A stretch of 64,000 nt of DNA from an uncultured Nocardioidaceae bacterium (GCA_902805865.1 CADCUK010000162.1:8508-72507), one strand, 5' to 3'. Numbered from the stretch's first letter, positions 37,236 to 47,289 are shown. Translations and numbers: made by a program. The notes: generated by a model not told the origin, from the letters alone.

Positions 37236-38684
37236 ATGCGCGGCGCAGACGAACCCTCGATCAGGACCGGCACGCGGGTCCACGCCTTCGACGACGGCGA
37301 CGCGCTCGGCGACCACGACGGAACTGCGGTCGCCGAGCTCGTCCGAGACGGCACGCTGAGCCCGATCGAGGTCGTCGAGGCCGCCATTGCCCGCGCACAG
37401 CTGATGCAGCCGCAGATCAACGGGGTGCACTTCCCCGACTACGAGCGGGCGCGCGGCGAGGGTGGCGGCACTCCTACCGGACTGCTCGCGGGTGTGCCGA
37501 CCTTCATCAAGGACAACGTCGACGTCCAGGGTCTCCCGACCAACCACGGGACGGAGGCCTTCGAAGCCAAGGCTGCCAAGGCGGACAGCCCGTTCGTGAC
37601 GCAGTACCGCGCCCTCGGGATGCGGATCCTCGGCAAGAGCAGGTTGCCGGAGTTCGGCTTCAGCGCCTCGACGGAGTACATGACGGGCGACCCGGTCCGG
37701 AACCCCTGGAACCCCGAGTACTCCGCCGGAGCCTCGAGCGGCGGCAGCGCCGCGCTGGTCGCGGCGGGCGTGGTGCCGGTCGCCCACGCCAACGACGGCG
37801 GCGGCTCCATCCGCATCCCGGCCGCGGTGTGCGGGTTGGTGGGGCTCAAGCCGACTCGCGGACGGTTCGTTCCCGACACCGGCGAGAAGCAGCTGCCGGT
37901 GCGGATCGTCAGCCAGGGTGTCGTCACCCGCACCGTCCGGGACACCGCTGCCTTCTTCGCCGGCGCGGAGGAGCACTGGCGCAACCCGAAGCTCCCGCCG
38001 GTCCGGCACGTCCGTGGCCCTGGTTCGAGCCGGCTTCGCGTAGGTCTGGTCATCGACTCGGTCAACGGGACGCCGACCGATGACGAAACCCGTCGTGCCG
38101 TCCTGGAGACGGTCGAGCTGCTGGAGGAGATGGGCCACGTGGTCGAGGAGGCGCCGATGCCGGTCTCCGAGACGTTCGCGGCAGACTTCGCCCGCTACTG
38201 GGGACTGCTCGGGTTCCTCATCACCACCGCCGGTGCGCGCGCCTTCGATCCCGATTTCGACGCGACGAGGACCGACAACCTGACGCAAGGCCTGGCAGCA
38301 CGGTGCCGCAAGGAGCTGGCAAGGACACCGGGCGTCGTCTACCGGTTGCGCCGGAGCACGAAGGAGTACCGCAGGGCCTTCCGGCGGCACGACGTGCTGC
38401 TGTCACCGGTGCTCGCCCACACCACCCCACCCATCGGCCACCTCGCGCCCACGCTGGACTTCGAGGAGCTGTTCTCGCGACTGCAGACCTACGTCGGCTT
38501 CACCCCCCTCAACAACGCGGCAGGCAGCCCGGCCATCTCGCTCCCCCTCGGTGCCACGAGCACGGGGCTGCCCATCGGGGTGCACTTCTCGGCCGACCTC
38601 GGCGACGAGCGCACGCTCCTGGAGCTGGCCTACGAGCTGGAGGAGGCGCGTCCCTTCCGCCGCATCCAGGACGCTGCCGGATGA
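37236..38684 (+). CDS. amidase signature family enzyme
   Basis: FIKDN, GASSGGSAA, NDGGGSIRIPAAVCG. Confidence 0.93.
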   Translation: MRGADEPSIRTGTRVHAFDDGDALGDHDGTAVAELVRDGTLSPIEVVEAAIARAQLMQPQINGVHFPDYERARGEGGGTPTGLLAGVPTFIKDNVDVQGLPTNHGTEAFEAKAAKADSPFVTQYRALGMRILGKSRLPEFGFSASTEYMTGDPVRNPWNPEYSAGASSGGSAALVAAGVVPVAHANDGGGSIRIPAAVCGLVGLKPTRGRFVPDTGEKQLPVRIVSQGVVTRTVRDTAAFFAGAEEHWRNPKLPPVRHVRGPGSSRLRVGLVIDSVNGTPTDDETRRAVLETVELLEEMGHVVEEAPMPVSETFAADFARYWGLLGFLITTAGARAFDPDFDATRTDNLTQGLAARCRKELARTPGVVYRLRRSTKEYRRAFRRHDVLLSPVLAHTTPPIGHLAPTLDFEELFSRLQTYVGFTPLNNAAGSPAISLPLGATSTGLPIGVHFSADLGDERTLLELAYELEEARPFRRIQDAAG

Positions 38685-38784
38685 ATCACGGTCTTCGGGC
38701 GGCATCGGGCGGCGTCGGGCGGCATCGCGGCGAAACTGTAGTGCCGTGCTCGACATTGGTTCGCCGCCATGATTGCATCGGCCG

Positions 38785-40149
38785 GTGACCGTGACTGACA
38801 CCAGGGACGTGATCCCGTTCCGCGAGGCCACCCGGGCCTGGTTCGCGATCTCGCTGCAGACCTTCGGCGGTCCCGCGGGCCAGATCGCGGTCATGCAGCG
38901 GACGCTCGTGGACGAGAAGCGCTGGATCGGCCAGAAACGGTTCCTGCACGCCCTGTCCTACTGCACGCTGCTGCCCGGTCCCGAGGCCCAGCAGCTCGCG
39001 ATCTACGTCGGATGGCTGCTCAACGGGCTGCGCGGCGGGTTGGTGGCCGGGACGCTCTTCGTCCTCCCGGGCGTGGTCGCCCTCCTGGGCCTGTCGGCGG
39101 TGTACGTCACGGCCGGTGACTCCACCGTTGTGACGGCGGTCTTCGCCGGGCTCGCACCCGCCGTGCTGGCGATCGTGGCCCAGGCGGTCTACAAGGTCGC
39201 CGGCCGTGCCCTCGGCCATCCGGCCCTGTGGGCACTGGCGGTCGCAGCATTCGTGGCGCTCGCTGTCCTGGGCATCGGGTTCCCGATCGTCGTCGGGGCG
39301 GCTGCCCTGATCGGCTGGGCGCTGGGACGTTGGGCCCCGCAGACGATGCGACGCGCCCAGGGGCACGGCGCCGAGGACGATGCGAAGCCGCCGCTCATCC
39401 CTGATGACGCCCTGCACCACGAGCGCCCGAGCCGCACGTACGTCCTGAAGGTGCTGGCCGTCGGGCTCGTCGCCTGGGGCATCCCGGTCGCACTCGTCGT
39501 CCTGCTCACGGGCGCGGAGAGCATCCTCACCGACCAGGCCCTGTTCTTCTCCGGCACCGCGCTGGTCACCTTCGGTGGCGCCTACGCCGTGCTCGCCTAC
39601 GTGGCCCAGAAGGCCGTGGAGGTGTACGGCTGGCTGGCCCCCGGGGAGATGGTCCGCGGGCTCGCTCTGGCCGAGACCACGCCGGGCCCGCTCATCATGG
39701 TCGTGCAGTTCGTCGCGTTCGTCGGCGCGTACCGCGACCCGGGTGCCTTGGACCCCTGGGTGGCCGCGATCCTCGCGGCGTTGCTGACCACGTGGGTCAC
39801 GTTCGTGCCCTGCTTCGTGTTCGTGTTCGTGGGCGCGCCGTTCGTCGAACGGCTGCGGGGCAACCACGGGCTGTCCGCGGCGCTGACCGGCATCACCGCC
39901 GCGGTCGTCGGGGTGATCGCCAACCTCGCCGTCTTCTTCGCCGTCCACACGCTGTTCTCCGAGACCCGGGAGGTGAGAACCGGTCCGATCAGCCTGGAGC
40001 TTCCCGAGCTGGCCTCGGTCAAGCCGGTGTCGGTGGCGATCGCAGTCATCGCGGCGTTCCTGCTGTTCCGGCTCAAGTGGTCGGTGCTCCGCACGCTCGG
40101 CGCCTGCGCCGCCCTCGGACTGCTCGCCGGGGTCGCCGGACTCACCTGA
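38785..40149 (+). CDS. chrA: chromate efflux transporter (long-chain CHR)
   Basis: FGGPAGQIAVM, LLPGPEAQQLA, FGGAYAVL, AETTPGPLIMV. Confidence 0.92.
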   Translation: MTVTDTRDVIPFREATRAWFAISLQTFGGPAGQIAVMQRTLVDEKRWIGQKRFLHALSYCTLLPGPEAQQLAIYVGWLLNGLRGGLVAGTLFVLPGVVALLGLSAVYVTAGDSTVVTAVFAGLAPAVLAIVAQAVYKVAGRALGHPALWALAVAAFVALAVLGIGFPIVVGAAALIGWALGRWAPQTMRRAQGHGAEDDAKPPLIPDDALHHERPSRTYVLKVLAVGLVAWGIPVALVVLLTGAESILTDQALFFSGTALVTFGGAYAVLAYVAQKAVEVYGWLAPGEMVRGLALAETTPGPLIMVVQFVAFVGAYRDPGALDPWVAAILAALLTTWVTFVPCFVFVFVGAPFVERLRGNHGLSAALTGITAAVVGVIANLAVFFAVHTLFSETREVRTGPISLELPELASVKPVSVAIAVIAAFLLFRLKWSVLRTLGACAALGLLAGVAGLT

Positions 40150-40155
40150 CGCAGG

Positions 40156-41211
40156 TCACCTCGTCGGAGGAGCCTCCACGTCGTCGGGCCGGCCGCCGCG
40201 GCGTACGACCTCGGCGCGGGCACGCTCGATGCCTCCGTGCTCGAGGGCCGCGAGCATCGACTCGTCCTCCCACACCAACCGGCCGCGTCGCCTGACACTG
40301 ATCCGGAGCCGAGCGCCGAGATGCTCGATCGCGCCGGCGACGTTGCGGTGCTCGGCGGGCAGCGGGACCGGCAGCACGTGGGCGGTCTCCAACGTTCCTG
40401 CGCCTTCCACGTCGATCTGCCACTGCGCACTGCGTCCCCGGAGCACCCAGCTCTCGTCGGTCACCTCGGCCACCACGGGAGAGACCACCGGGTCGCCGAG
40501 CCGCACCAGCCGTCCGCCCGGGAGCAGCACGACGAGCCCGGTCACCCGGGTCCGCAACGGACCGGCGGTGACGTCGCCGCCGGCGAAGGCGACGCACGCC
40601 GTGGGGTCGGAGAACGCCTGGGCCTGGCCCCACCACCAGGCGTCAGGGAACCCGCCCTTGCCCCAGTTCTTCTCGCCGTAGACCTGCCACCCGTCGAGGT
40701 CCCAGGTGTCGCCGCCGACCACGACACGGCCATGGGCCGATCCGCCGAGCAGCCACGGGTGCCAGTACTGGTTCAGCGCCGGAACCGCCTGGAAGACGCT
40801 CGAGCCACCGGTGACCCGCCGCGGCCAGCGCACCGCGTCGTGGATCTGCACGTCCACGCGCGCATCCTCACCGAGGTCGACCCGCAATCGGTCCGCGGTT
40901 CCCTGGAACGCGTCGCCGGCGAACGCCCCCAGCTCGGTCGGCGACGCACGGCCTTCAGGGTGGGCGACCGTGCGCAGGAACCGGTTGGGATGCGCGGCCA
41001 GTCCCAGCGTGGCCCAGTGCCCATCCGGCCCGCGGTTGACCCCGTTCAGCGCGATGACGACGCGGCCGCTGCCGGGGTCGGTGAAACGCCAGAAGTAGCC
41101 CTCCATGGCGACGTCGTGGGCCGGCAACGGGTCGCCGAAGAACGGGTCTGCGCCGGTCGCTCGGTAGGCCGCGAACGCTCGTCGTACTGATGTCTGCAAC
41201 GGGGAGGGCAC
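40156..41211 (-). CDS. tocopherol cyclase family protein
   Basis: MEGYFWR, NQYWHP, YGEKNWGKGGFPDAWWWGQ. Confidence 0.72.
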   Translation of the reverse strand: MPSPLQTSVRRAFAAYRATGADPFFGDPLPAHDVAMEGYFWRFTDPGSGRVVIALNGVNRGPDGHWATLGLAAHPNRFLRTVAHPEGRASPTELGAFAGDAFQGTADRLRVDLGEDARVDVQIHDAVRWPRRVTGGSSVFQAVPALNQYWHPWLLGGSAHGRVVVGGDTWDLDGWQVYGEKNWGKGGFPDAWWWGQAQAFSDPTACVAFAGGDVTAGPLRTRVTGLVVLLPGGRLVRLGDPVVSPVVAEVTDESWVLRGRSAQWQIDVEGAGTLETAHVLPVPLPAEHRNVAGAIEHLGARLRISVRRRGRLVWEDESMLAALEHGGIERARAEVVRRGGRPDDVEAPPTR

Positions 41212-41277
41212 CAGGACATCCTGCCTTGCGGCACCAGCGCCGCTCCCCCGGCCTACGGCCCCAGGAGGTCCCGTCGG

Positions 41278-41769
41278 TCACTCGTCCGCGGCCGGTACCG
41301 CGACGCGCATCGCCTGCAGCAGCAGGCCGAGGGACTTCTCCGTCGCACCCTCGACGACCTCACCGGGGTCCCCGTCGAGGTGCAGCTCGTGCGTGGTGAT
41401 CTCGCCGCGCACGTAGAGCGCGACGTGGACCGTGCCCGCCGGCTTGTCCTCCTCGGGTCCGGGACCACCGGCACCCGTGGTCGACACGGCTGCGTCGACC
41501 TCGAGAACCTTCGCCGCACCGGTCACCATCTCGACCGCGCAACGCTCGGTGACGAGAGGACCAGGGGTGACGCCCAGGAGGTCGTACTTGACCGTCGGCG
41601 AGTACGAGACGACCGAGCCGTGGTACCAGTCCGCCGCACCCTCCCCCCTCGCGAGCGCGGAGGAGACGGCCCCGCCGGTCAAGGACTCTGCGGCACCGAC
41701 GCGGAAGCCGTGCTGGTTGGCGAGCTCGGCGATTTCGTTGACGTGCTTGGTGGGATCGCGGTGTGGCAC
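41278..41769 (-). CDS. CinA/PncC family protein (start GTG 41769 or ATG 41787)
   Basis: AAESLTGG, STTGAGGP, AGTV. Confidence 0.88.
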   Translation of the reverse strand: MPHRDPTKHVNEIAELANQHGFRVGAAESLTGGAVSSALARGEGAADWYHGSVVSYSPTVKYDLLGVTPGPLVTERCAVEMVTGAAKVLEVDAAVSTTGAGGPGPEEDKPAGTVHVALYVRGEITTHELHLDGDPGEVVEGATEKSLGLLLQAMRVAVPAADE

Positions 41770-41779
41770 GACGACTGAA

Positions 41780-41804
41780 TTTCCCATCCGGGCGAGGAGC
41801 AAAC
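41780..41804 (-). promoter_or_regulatory. SigF/SigB-type promoter of the CinA-family gene
   Basis: Minus strand GTTT-N15-GGGAAA. Confidence 0.45.
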
Positions 41805-41949
41805 GGGCACCTGGTGCGTGAAGAGCGGGCAGCGCCGTACGGCCCGGTGGGGGTGCCGTTCGTCCGTGTCGGCGAGGAGTGAGTGGCTGGCACAGTGGGT
41901 ATGACAGCCAGACGCGGGTCGCGGGGATGCAGCCGGAGGAGGACGAGGG

Positions 41950-42390
41950 ATGGGTCAGGTCACCGTCACGCTCGACGGCCGCCAACTCGGGCTCGGCGAC
42001 GAGGACTCCCCGCGGCTCCGGTTCGAGGGGACAGGCGCCGGTCTGGTCTTGGATCGGCTCGAGCTGGGACACGGACGCATCGCGCTGCGCGCCCTCGACG
42101 GTCGCTTCCTCGCCGTACGCCCCGATCCCGGGCTCAGCTACGGCGTCTACCCCGAGGACGAGCTGACGCCGGCCGCAGCCTTCGAGGAGGTCCTCTGGCC
42201 CACCGGCCAGGTCTCGCTCCGGTCCTGCCACCTGACCTACGTCGGTGCAGACGCCGCCGGTCGGATCATCGTCAACCGCACCGAAGCTGGCCCGCTCGAG
42301 CGGTTCCACCTGGTCGCCATGCCCTCGGCGACCATGCCGGCGCAGCGGCAACCGACCTCCACCCCGGCACCGGCAACAACCGCCACCTGA
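41950..42390 (+). CDS. fascin-like beta-trefoil domain protein
   Basis: Repeated GRIALRALDGRFLAV / GQVSLRSCHLTYVGA...GPLERF pattern; GAGG RBS. Confidence 0.6.
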   Translation: MGQVTVTLDGRQLGLGDEDSPRLRFEGTGAGLVLDRLELGHGRIALRALDGRFLAVRPDPGLSYGVYPEDELTPAAAFEEVLWPTGQVSLRSCHLTYVGADAAGRIIVNRTEAGPLERFHLVAMPSATMPAQRQPTSTPAPATTAT

Positions 42391-42436
42391 CCCCTACGTC
42401 GAGTAGGCGCTCGCGCGAGGTTCAGTAGGCGGTGGG

Positions 42437-43039
42437 TCAGTCGTCGGCGCCGCGGGCGACCAGGGCCTCGCCGAGCTCGTCGGCATGCCTCAGCGAGCGG
42501 ATGATCAGCGGCACGGCGTAGGCCCGTGGGCTGGCGGTGAGCCCACGAGCGCGCTGGGCGTCGCGCACCTCCTGGGCGAACTGCGCCACGACGAACACCG
42601 AACGGATGCCCAGGGCCAGCAGGAGCCCGATCCGCGCGGGGTCCACGCCGAACCGGCGCAGGGGTCCCAGCACGCGCACCAATGCATCCACGAGGTCGGA
42701 CGTCCTGCTGGTGAGCGTGACCAGCCCCGCCAGCAGGACCAGCACGAGGATCACCCCGGTCACCACCACCGCACGCTCCCACCCGTTCACGACGACGTGG
42801 AAGGCGCCGACGAGCAGCAGGACCCAGGCCAGGGGCCGCGCCTGTCGCAGCAGCACGCCGAGCGACAGCCCGGCGACGACGTACCCGAGCCCGACGACGA
42901 CCAGCGCCGCGGCGACCTGCCAGGGCCGGTCGACGAACACCGACCCGACACCGGCGGCGAGGAGCACCAGCAGCTTCAGCCCGGCCGGCAGCCGGTGCGC
43001 CAACGAGGTGCCCGGACGGTAGAGGCCGAGGCTGCTCAT
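42437..43039 (-). CDS. ECF transporter transmembrane T component (BioN-like)
   Basis: YRPGTSLAHRLP, DAQRARG, EALVARG (two ARG motifs); ATGA overlap. Confidence 0.88.
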   Translation of the reverse strand: MSSLGLYRPGTSLAHRLPAGLKLLVLLAAGVGSVFVDRPWQVAAALVVVGLGYVVAGLSLGVLLRQARPLAWVLLLVGAFHVVVNGWERAVVVTGVILVLVLLAGLVTLTSRTSDLVDALVRVLGPLRRFGVDPARIGLLLALGIRSVFVVAQFAQEVRDAQRARGLTASPRAYAVPLIIRSLRHADELGEALVARGADD

Positions 43040-43725
43040 CGCATCAGCGCGCGGTAGTGGGCGACAGCCTCGCTGGGACGACCGTCGTGCACCAGACGGC
43101 CCTCGTCGAAGACCAGCACCCGGTCGAAGGAGTCCACGAGATCGAGGTCGTGGGTGACGAGCACGACCTGCTGGTCCAGGGACTGCACGAAACCCGCGAC
43201 CCGATGGGTGTTGCGGAGGTCGAGCAAGGTGGTCGGCTCGTCGAGCACCAGCACGCTCGGCTCGGTGACGAGAACTGACGCCAGCGCGAGCAACTGTTTT
43301 TGTCCGCCCGACAACAGATGTGCCGGATGGTCGGCATGGTCGGCGAGCTCGAACCGGCGGAGGACCTCGTCGACGCGCGCGGCGACCTCCGCCTTGGACA
43401 GGTCGCGCCGACGCCGCAGGCCGAACGCGATGTCCTCGCGCACCGTCGGCATCACGATCTGGGCATCGGGGTTGGTGAAGCAGAAGCCGACCGTACGACG
43501 CACGGCACGGCCGTCCTTGCGGGTGTCGAGCCCGTCGACCGTCACCGTCCCGCGCGTCGGCAGGACGAGCCCGTTGACGAGTCGGGCGAACGTGGACTTG
43601 CCCGAGCCGTTCGCCCCCACCACGGCCACGCGACGCTCGGGGAGCTGCACGTCCACGTCCTGCAGCACGGTGCGTGCCTGCGTCCCCTCGCCGTACACGT
43701 GGGTGACTCCGGAGACCTCGATCAC
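43036..43725 (-). CDS. ECF transporter ATPase (BioM-like)
   Basis: GANGSGKST, NPDAQIVMPTV, LSGGQKQ, LDEPT; GTGA overlap. Confidence 0.9.
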   Translation of the reverse strand: MIEVSGVTHVYGEGTQARTVLQDVDVQLPERRVAVVGANGSGKSTFARLVNGLVLPTRGTVTVDGLDTRKDGRAVRRTVGFCFTNPDAQIVMPTVREDIAFGLRRRRDLSKAEVAARVDEVLRRFELADHADHPAHLLSGGQKQLLALASVLVTEPSVLVLDEPTTLLDLRNTHRVAGFVQSLDQQVVLVTHDLDLVDSFDRVLVFDEGRLVHDGRPSEAVAHYRALMR

Positions 43726-44846
43726 CGGACGGCCTCGACGACGATCGCGACCCCTTGCCCGCCCCCGGCCGCGATCGAGGCCAGCCCGTAGCGTCCGCCG
43801 GACCGCCGGACCAGCTGGCTGAACAGCCGCACCACGAGGACCGCGCCCGAGGCTCCCCAAGGGTGGCCGAGGCCGAGGGCACCGCCCTCGGGGCAGACCC
43901 GCTCAGGGTCGAGATCCAGCTCGGCGCAGCAGGCGAGCACCTGCCCCGCAAAGGCCTCGTTGAGCTCGACCACGTCGATGTCGTCCAGGGACAGCCCGGC
44001 TCGGGCCAGCGCCTGGCGGGTCGACGGGACCAGCCCGTAGCCGGGCGACCTCGGGTCCGAGGCCGTCGTCGCTGTCGCCAGGACCCGCAGCCCCGGCAGG
44101 GACGTACGGGAGTGCGTGGCTGCGTCGGTCACGACCACCGCCGCCGCGCCGTCGTTGACGCCGCACGAGTTGCCCGCGGTGACGGTCCCGCCCTCCAGGA
44201 AGGCAGGACGGAGGCGCCCGAGCCGCTCGACGGTCAGTCCGGCGCGCGGCCGGTCGTCGACAGCCACCCCACCCACCTCGACCAGCTCGTCGTGGAACCT
44301 GCCGGCCTGCACGGCGGCGTGGGCACGGGCGTGGGACCGGGCGGCGTACTCGTCCTGCGCCTGGCGGGTCACGCCGCGGCGCTGCGCGAACAGGTCGTTC
44401 GCGACGCCCATGTCCGGGTCGCCGATCTCGGCCGGAGCGAACGGCGCCCGCTCGTAGCGGACCGGCTCCTCCCCTGCAGCAGGCGGCCAGAAGCGCCAGG
44501 GTGCGGTTGACGCCGACTCGACTCCCCCGGCCAGGATCGTGCCGGGCTCCGAGCGCAGCGCGGCGGTGGCGCTGACGATCGAGGCCAGCCCGCTGGCGCA
44601 CTGGCGGTCCACGGTGAGCGCGGGCACGTCGTGGCCGAGCCCGGCCTGCAGGGTGGCCACCCGGGCGACGTCACCGCCCGGTCCCATGCAGTTGCCCAGG
44701 ACGACCTCGTCGACCGGGCCACCGCCGTCGGCAAGGGCTGCCAGGAGGGGTGCCGCGAGGTCGGTCGCAGTCAGTGCGGCCAGGGACCGGCCGGCCGTTC
44801 CGATGGGCGTCCTGGCCGCGGCGACGATCACCGGGTGCCCGGTCAC
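43722..44846 (-). CDS. thiolase (acetyl-CoA acyltransferase)
   Basis: RTPIG, DRQCASG, TAGNSCGVNDGAA, NEAFA, GHPWGASG. Confidence 0.9.
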   Translation of the reverse strand: MTGHPVIVAAARTPIGTAGRSLAALTATDLAAPLLAALADGGGPVDEVVLGNCMGPGGDVARVATLQAGLGHDVPALTVDRQCASGLASIVSATAALRSEPGTILAGGVESASTAPWRFWPPAAGEEPVRYERAPFAPAEIGDPDMGVANDLFAQRRGVTRQAQDEYAARSHARAHAAVQAGRFHDELVEVGGVAVDDRPRAGLTVERLGRLRPAFLEGGTVTAGNSCGVNDGAAAVVVTDAATHSRTSLPGLRVLATATTASDPRSPGYGLVPSTRQALARAGLSLDDIDVVELNEAFAGQVLACCAELDLDPERVCPEGGALGLGHPWGASGAVLVVRLFSQLVRRSGGRYGLASIAAGGGQGVAIVVEAVR

Positions 44847-45892
44847 GGCGAGCCCGCGGAGGAGGCGCGGTCACCTGGCGCAGCCGCCCCGGTGAGGCGT
44901 ACGGCGTCCGGGCCGGTGACCGTCGAGAGCAGCGCCTCACGGTCGACCTTCCCGGTGTCGTTCAGCGGGAGCCGTGGGACGTGGAACCACTGCCGAGGTC
45001 GTTGCGCAGCAGCCAACCTCGCCTGCGCGGCGTCGCGGGCAGCCACGAGGTCACCGGGATCGGTCAGCACGGCGGACACGACCTGACCCAGGGCGCCGTG
45101 CGGGACTCCGAGCACCACCAGGTCCCCGTCGGTGGCGTCGCGCAGAGCAGCCTCGACGTCGGCGACCAGGACGGTCGCACCGCCGGTGGTCACGGCGTCC
45201 GTTCCCCTGCCGGCCACGATGAGCCGCCCGTCGACGAGCGAGCCGCGGTCCCCGACGGTGGCGAAGCCGTCGTCTCGCCTGCGGAGCGGTCCGGGCGGAC
45301 CGACGTACCCCTCGCAGAGGTAGGGCGAGCGGACCCAGATCTCGCCGTGCTGCACCGCGAGCTCCACGCCGGGGAAGGCGGTGAGGTCCTGGTCGTGGCT
45401 GCCCCAGGCGACGAAGGACAGCTCCGAGGCGCCGTAGTAGTGGTCCACGGTGGCGCCGGCGTCCAGCGCCCGGTCGCGGAGCCCGGCGCTGAGCCGATCC
45501 CCTGCCACCGTGACGTGCATGCCGGTGAGCGTACGGCCGCGGTCGCACAGCCGCCCGAGCATGCCCGGTGTCAGGTGCGCGTGGGTGGCTCGGGACGGCT
45601 CCTCGACCAGGCCCACACCGAGGTGGCGGGCCAGCACCGCCGCGAAGAGGTTCATCGTGGCCGACAGCGGACCGGGCAGCCACAGCCGCGAGCCGGCGCC
45701 CAGCCCGGTGAGCTGCTAGATGTGGGCGAACGAGCTGAACCACGAGTCGGTGGACCGCACCACCGACCGTGGCGCACCCGTCGAGCCGCTGGTCCTCAGC
45801 GCGATCGGGCGACCGTTCGCGTGAGCCTCGAGGACCGCGGCCACCGGGTCGCCGGCGGCACCGACGACGACCGGGGCACCGGCAGCAGCCAC
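44843..45892 (-). pseudogene. acyl-CoA ligase (AMP-binding) interrupted by an in-frame TAG at 45716-45718
   Basis: Single frame reads ...ALRTSGSTGAPRSVVRSTDSWFSSFAHI*QLTGLG...ATMNLF...YYGASE...TVGD...GR...NDTGK; the P-loop TSGSTG lies upstream of the stop. Confidence 0.8.
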
Positions 45893-45917
45893 GGCGACCG
45901 GGTCGACGGAGACCGGG

Positions 45918-46517
45918 TCAGACAGGGGTCGACTGCCTCTCGGTGCTCCGGCGGGTCAGCAAGCCCGGGTAGCCGGCGTGCACGCCGCGGGCCACGAGCG
46001 CGGCGACGACCACCTTGACCGCGTCACCCGGCAGGTACACCAGCAGCGGTGTGGCTGCCGCGTCGATGCCGACCCGTCCGACAGCCATGATCCCGGCGAC
46101 GCCGAAGAGGTAGAGAGCGACGACTCCGCCGACGGCGTTGGCGAGGAGCCCGCGCGGCAGCGTGTACGACGGCCCGCCGCTCTCGGTCAGCCGCCCGACG
46201 ACGTACGCCGCGACGGGGAAGCCGAGCAGGAAGCCGACCCGGGGGGTGAAGAAGACGCCGAGGCCACCCACACCGCCGGCGAGCAGGGGCAGCCCCACCG
46301 CGACCAGCGCGAGGAAGACGACCATGCTCAGGGCACCCCGGCGGGAGCCGAGGACCGCGCCGGCCAGCATCACGCCGAGCGACTGGGCGGTGATGGGCAC
46401 GGCGACGCCGAACGGGTACAGCGCCGGCACCAGTCCGAGCGCCGCCATGATGCCGACGAAGACCGCGACCAGCGCGAGGTCGCGAGAGGTGAAGCGATGG
46501 GGTCGGAGGTCGTCCAT
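45918..46517 (-). CDS. bioY: biotin transporter S component
   Basis: VPITAQSLGVMLAG, GLPLLAGG, GFLLGF, PGDAVK. Confidence 0.92.
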   Translation of the reverse strand: MDDLRPHRFTSRDLALVAVFVGIMAALGLVPALYPFGVAVPITAQSLGVMLAGAVLGSRRGALSMVVFLALVAVGLPLLAGGVGGLGVFFTPRVGFLLGFPVAAYVVGRLTESGGPSYTLPRGLLANAVGGVVALYLFGVAGIMAVGRVGIDAAATPLLVYLPGDAVKVVVAALVARGVHAGYPGLLTRRSTERQSTPV

Positions 46518-46581
46518 GGGCGGGAGTCTAGGTCCGGGCCGAGTGCCGTTCTCCCCCGGCGTCACAGTGCGGAACGGGCCC

Positions 46582-47289
46582 TCAACCCTGCGCCGCCAGC
46601 ACCAGGCCGGCGAACAGTCCCGCGTCGGCGGCCATCTCCGGGTGCCACTGGACAGCCAGGCAGAACCTCTCCCCGGGCTGCTCCATCGCCTCCAGCGTCC
46701 CGTCTCCCGCCCAGGCGACGGGTCGGAACCCCGGGTGCGACCGCACCCCTTGGTGGTGGTGGCAGTGCACCTCCAGGCGGTCGCCGACCAGCTTCTGCAG
46801 CAGGCTGTCGGCCTCCACCCGGACCGACGTGCTGCCGAACCGGTCACCGCCGGGGTTGTGCTCCTCGTGCCCCACGAGGTCGGGCAGGTGCTGGTCGAGA
46901 CCACCGCCCGCGCCGACGGCCATCACCTGCATCCCCCGGCAGACACCCAGGACGGGCTTCTGGCCGCTGTCGGCGGCGGCCAGCAGCGCGAGCTCCCACT
47001 CGTCCCGGTCGTCGCGCCAGGTCGTGGTGCGCTCGTGGGGCTGCTGGTCGTACCTGAGGGGCGACACGTCGGCACCACCGGAGATGACCAGGCCGTCCAG
47101 CCGGGAGACCACGGACTGCGCCGCTGCACCGCCAGGGGCGGACGGCGGGAGCAGGACCGGCACGCCGCCTGCGGCCTCGATCGCCTGCGAGTACACCGAC
47201 GGGAGCAGGTCGGCCCGCGTCTGCCACACACCCCACTGCGCGGCCTCGCGGTAGGTCGTGAGTCCGACGAGCGGACGGTTCACGTGCAC
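46582..47289 (-). CDS. gamma-glutamyl-gamma-aminobutyrate hydrolase family (peptidase C26)
   Basis: SGGADV, GVCRGMQ, HHHQ, VQWHPE. Confidence 0.92.
   Translation of the reverse strand: MHVNRPLVGLTTYREAAQWGVWQTRADLLPSVYSQAIEAAGGVPVLLPPSAPGGAAAQSVVSRLDGLVISGGADVSPLRYDQQPHERTTTWRDDRDEWELALLAAADSGQKPVLGVCRGMQVMAVGAGGGLDQHLPDLVGHEEHNPGGDRFGSTSVRVEADSLLQKLVGDRLEVHCHHHQGVRSHPGFRPVAWAGDGTLEAMEQPGERFCLAVQWHPEMAADAGLFAGLVLAAQG

Noticed and set aside
45716-45718. Pyrrolysine or programmed amber read-through
   Set aside because: No pyl genes in the window and TAG is an ordinary stop elsewhere (for example rsgA); a point mutation or sequencing error is simpler.
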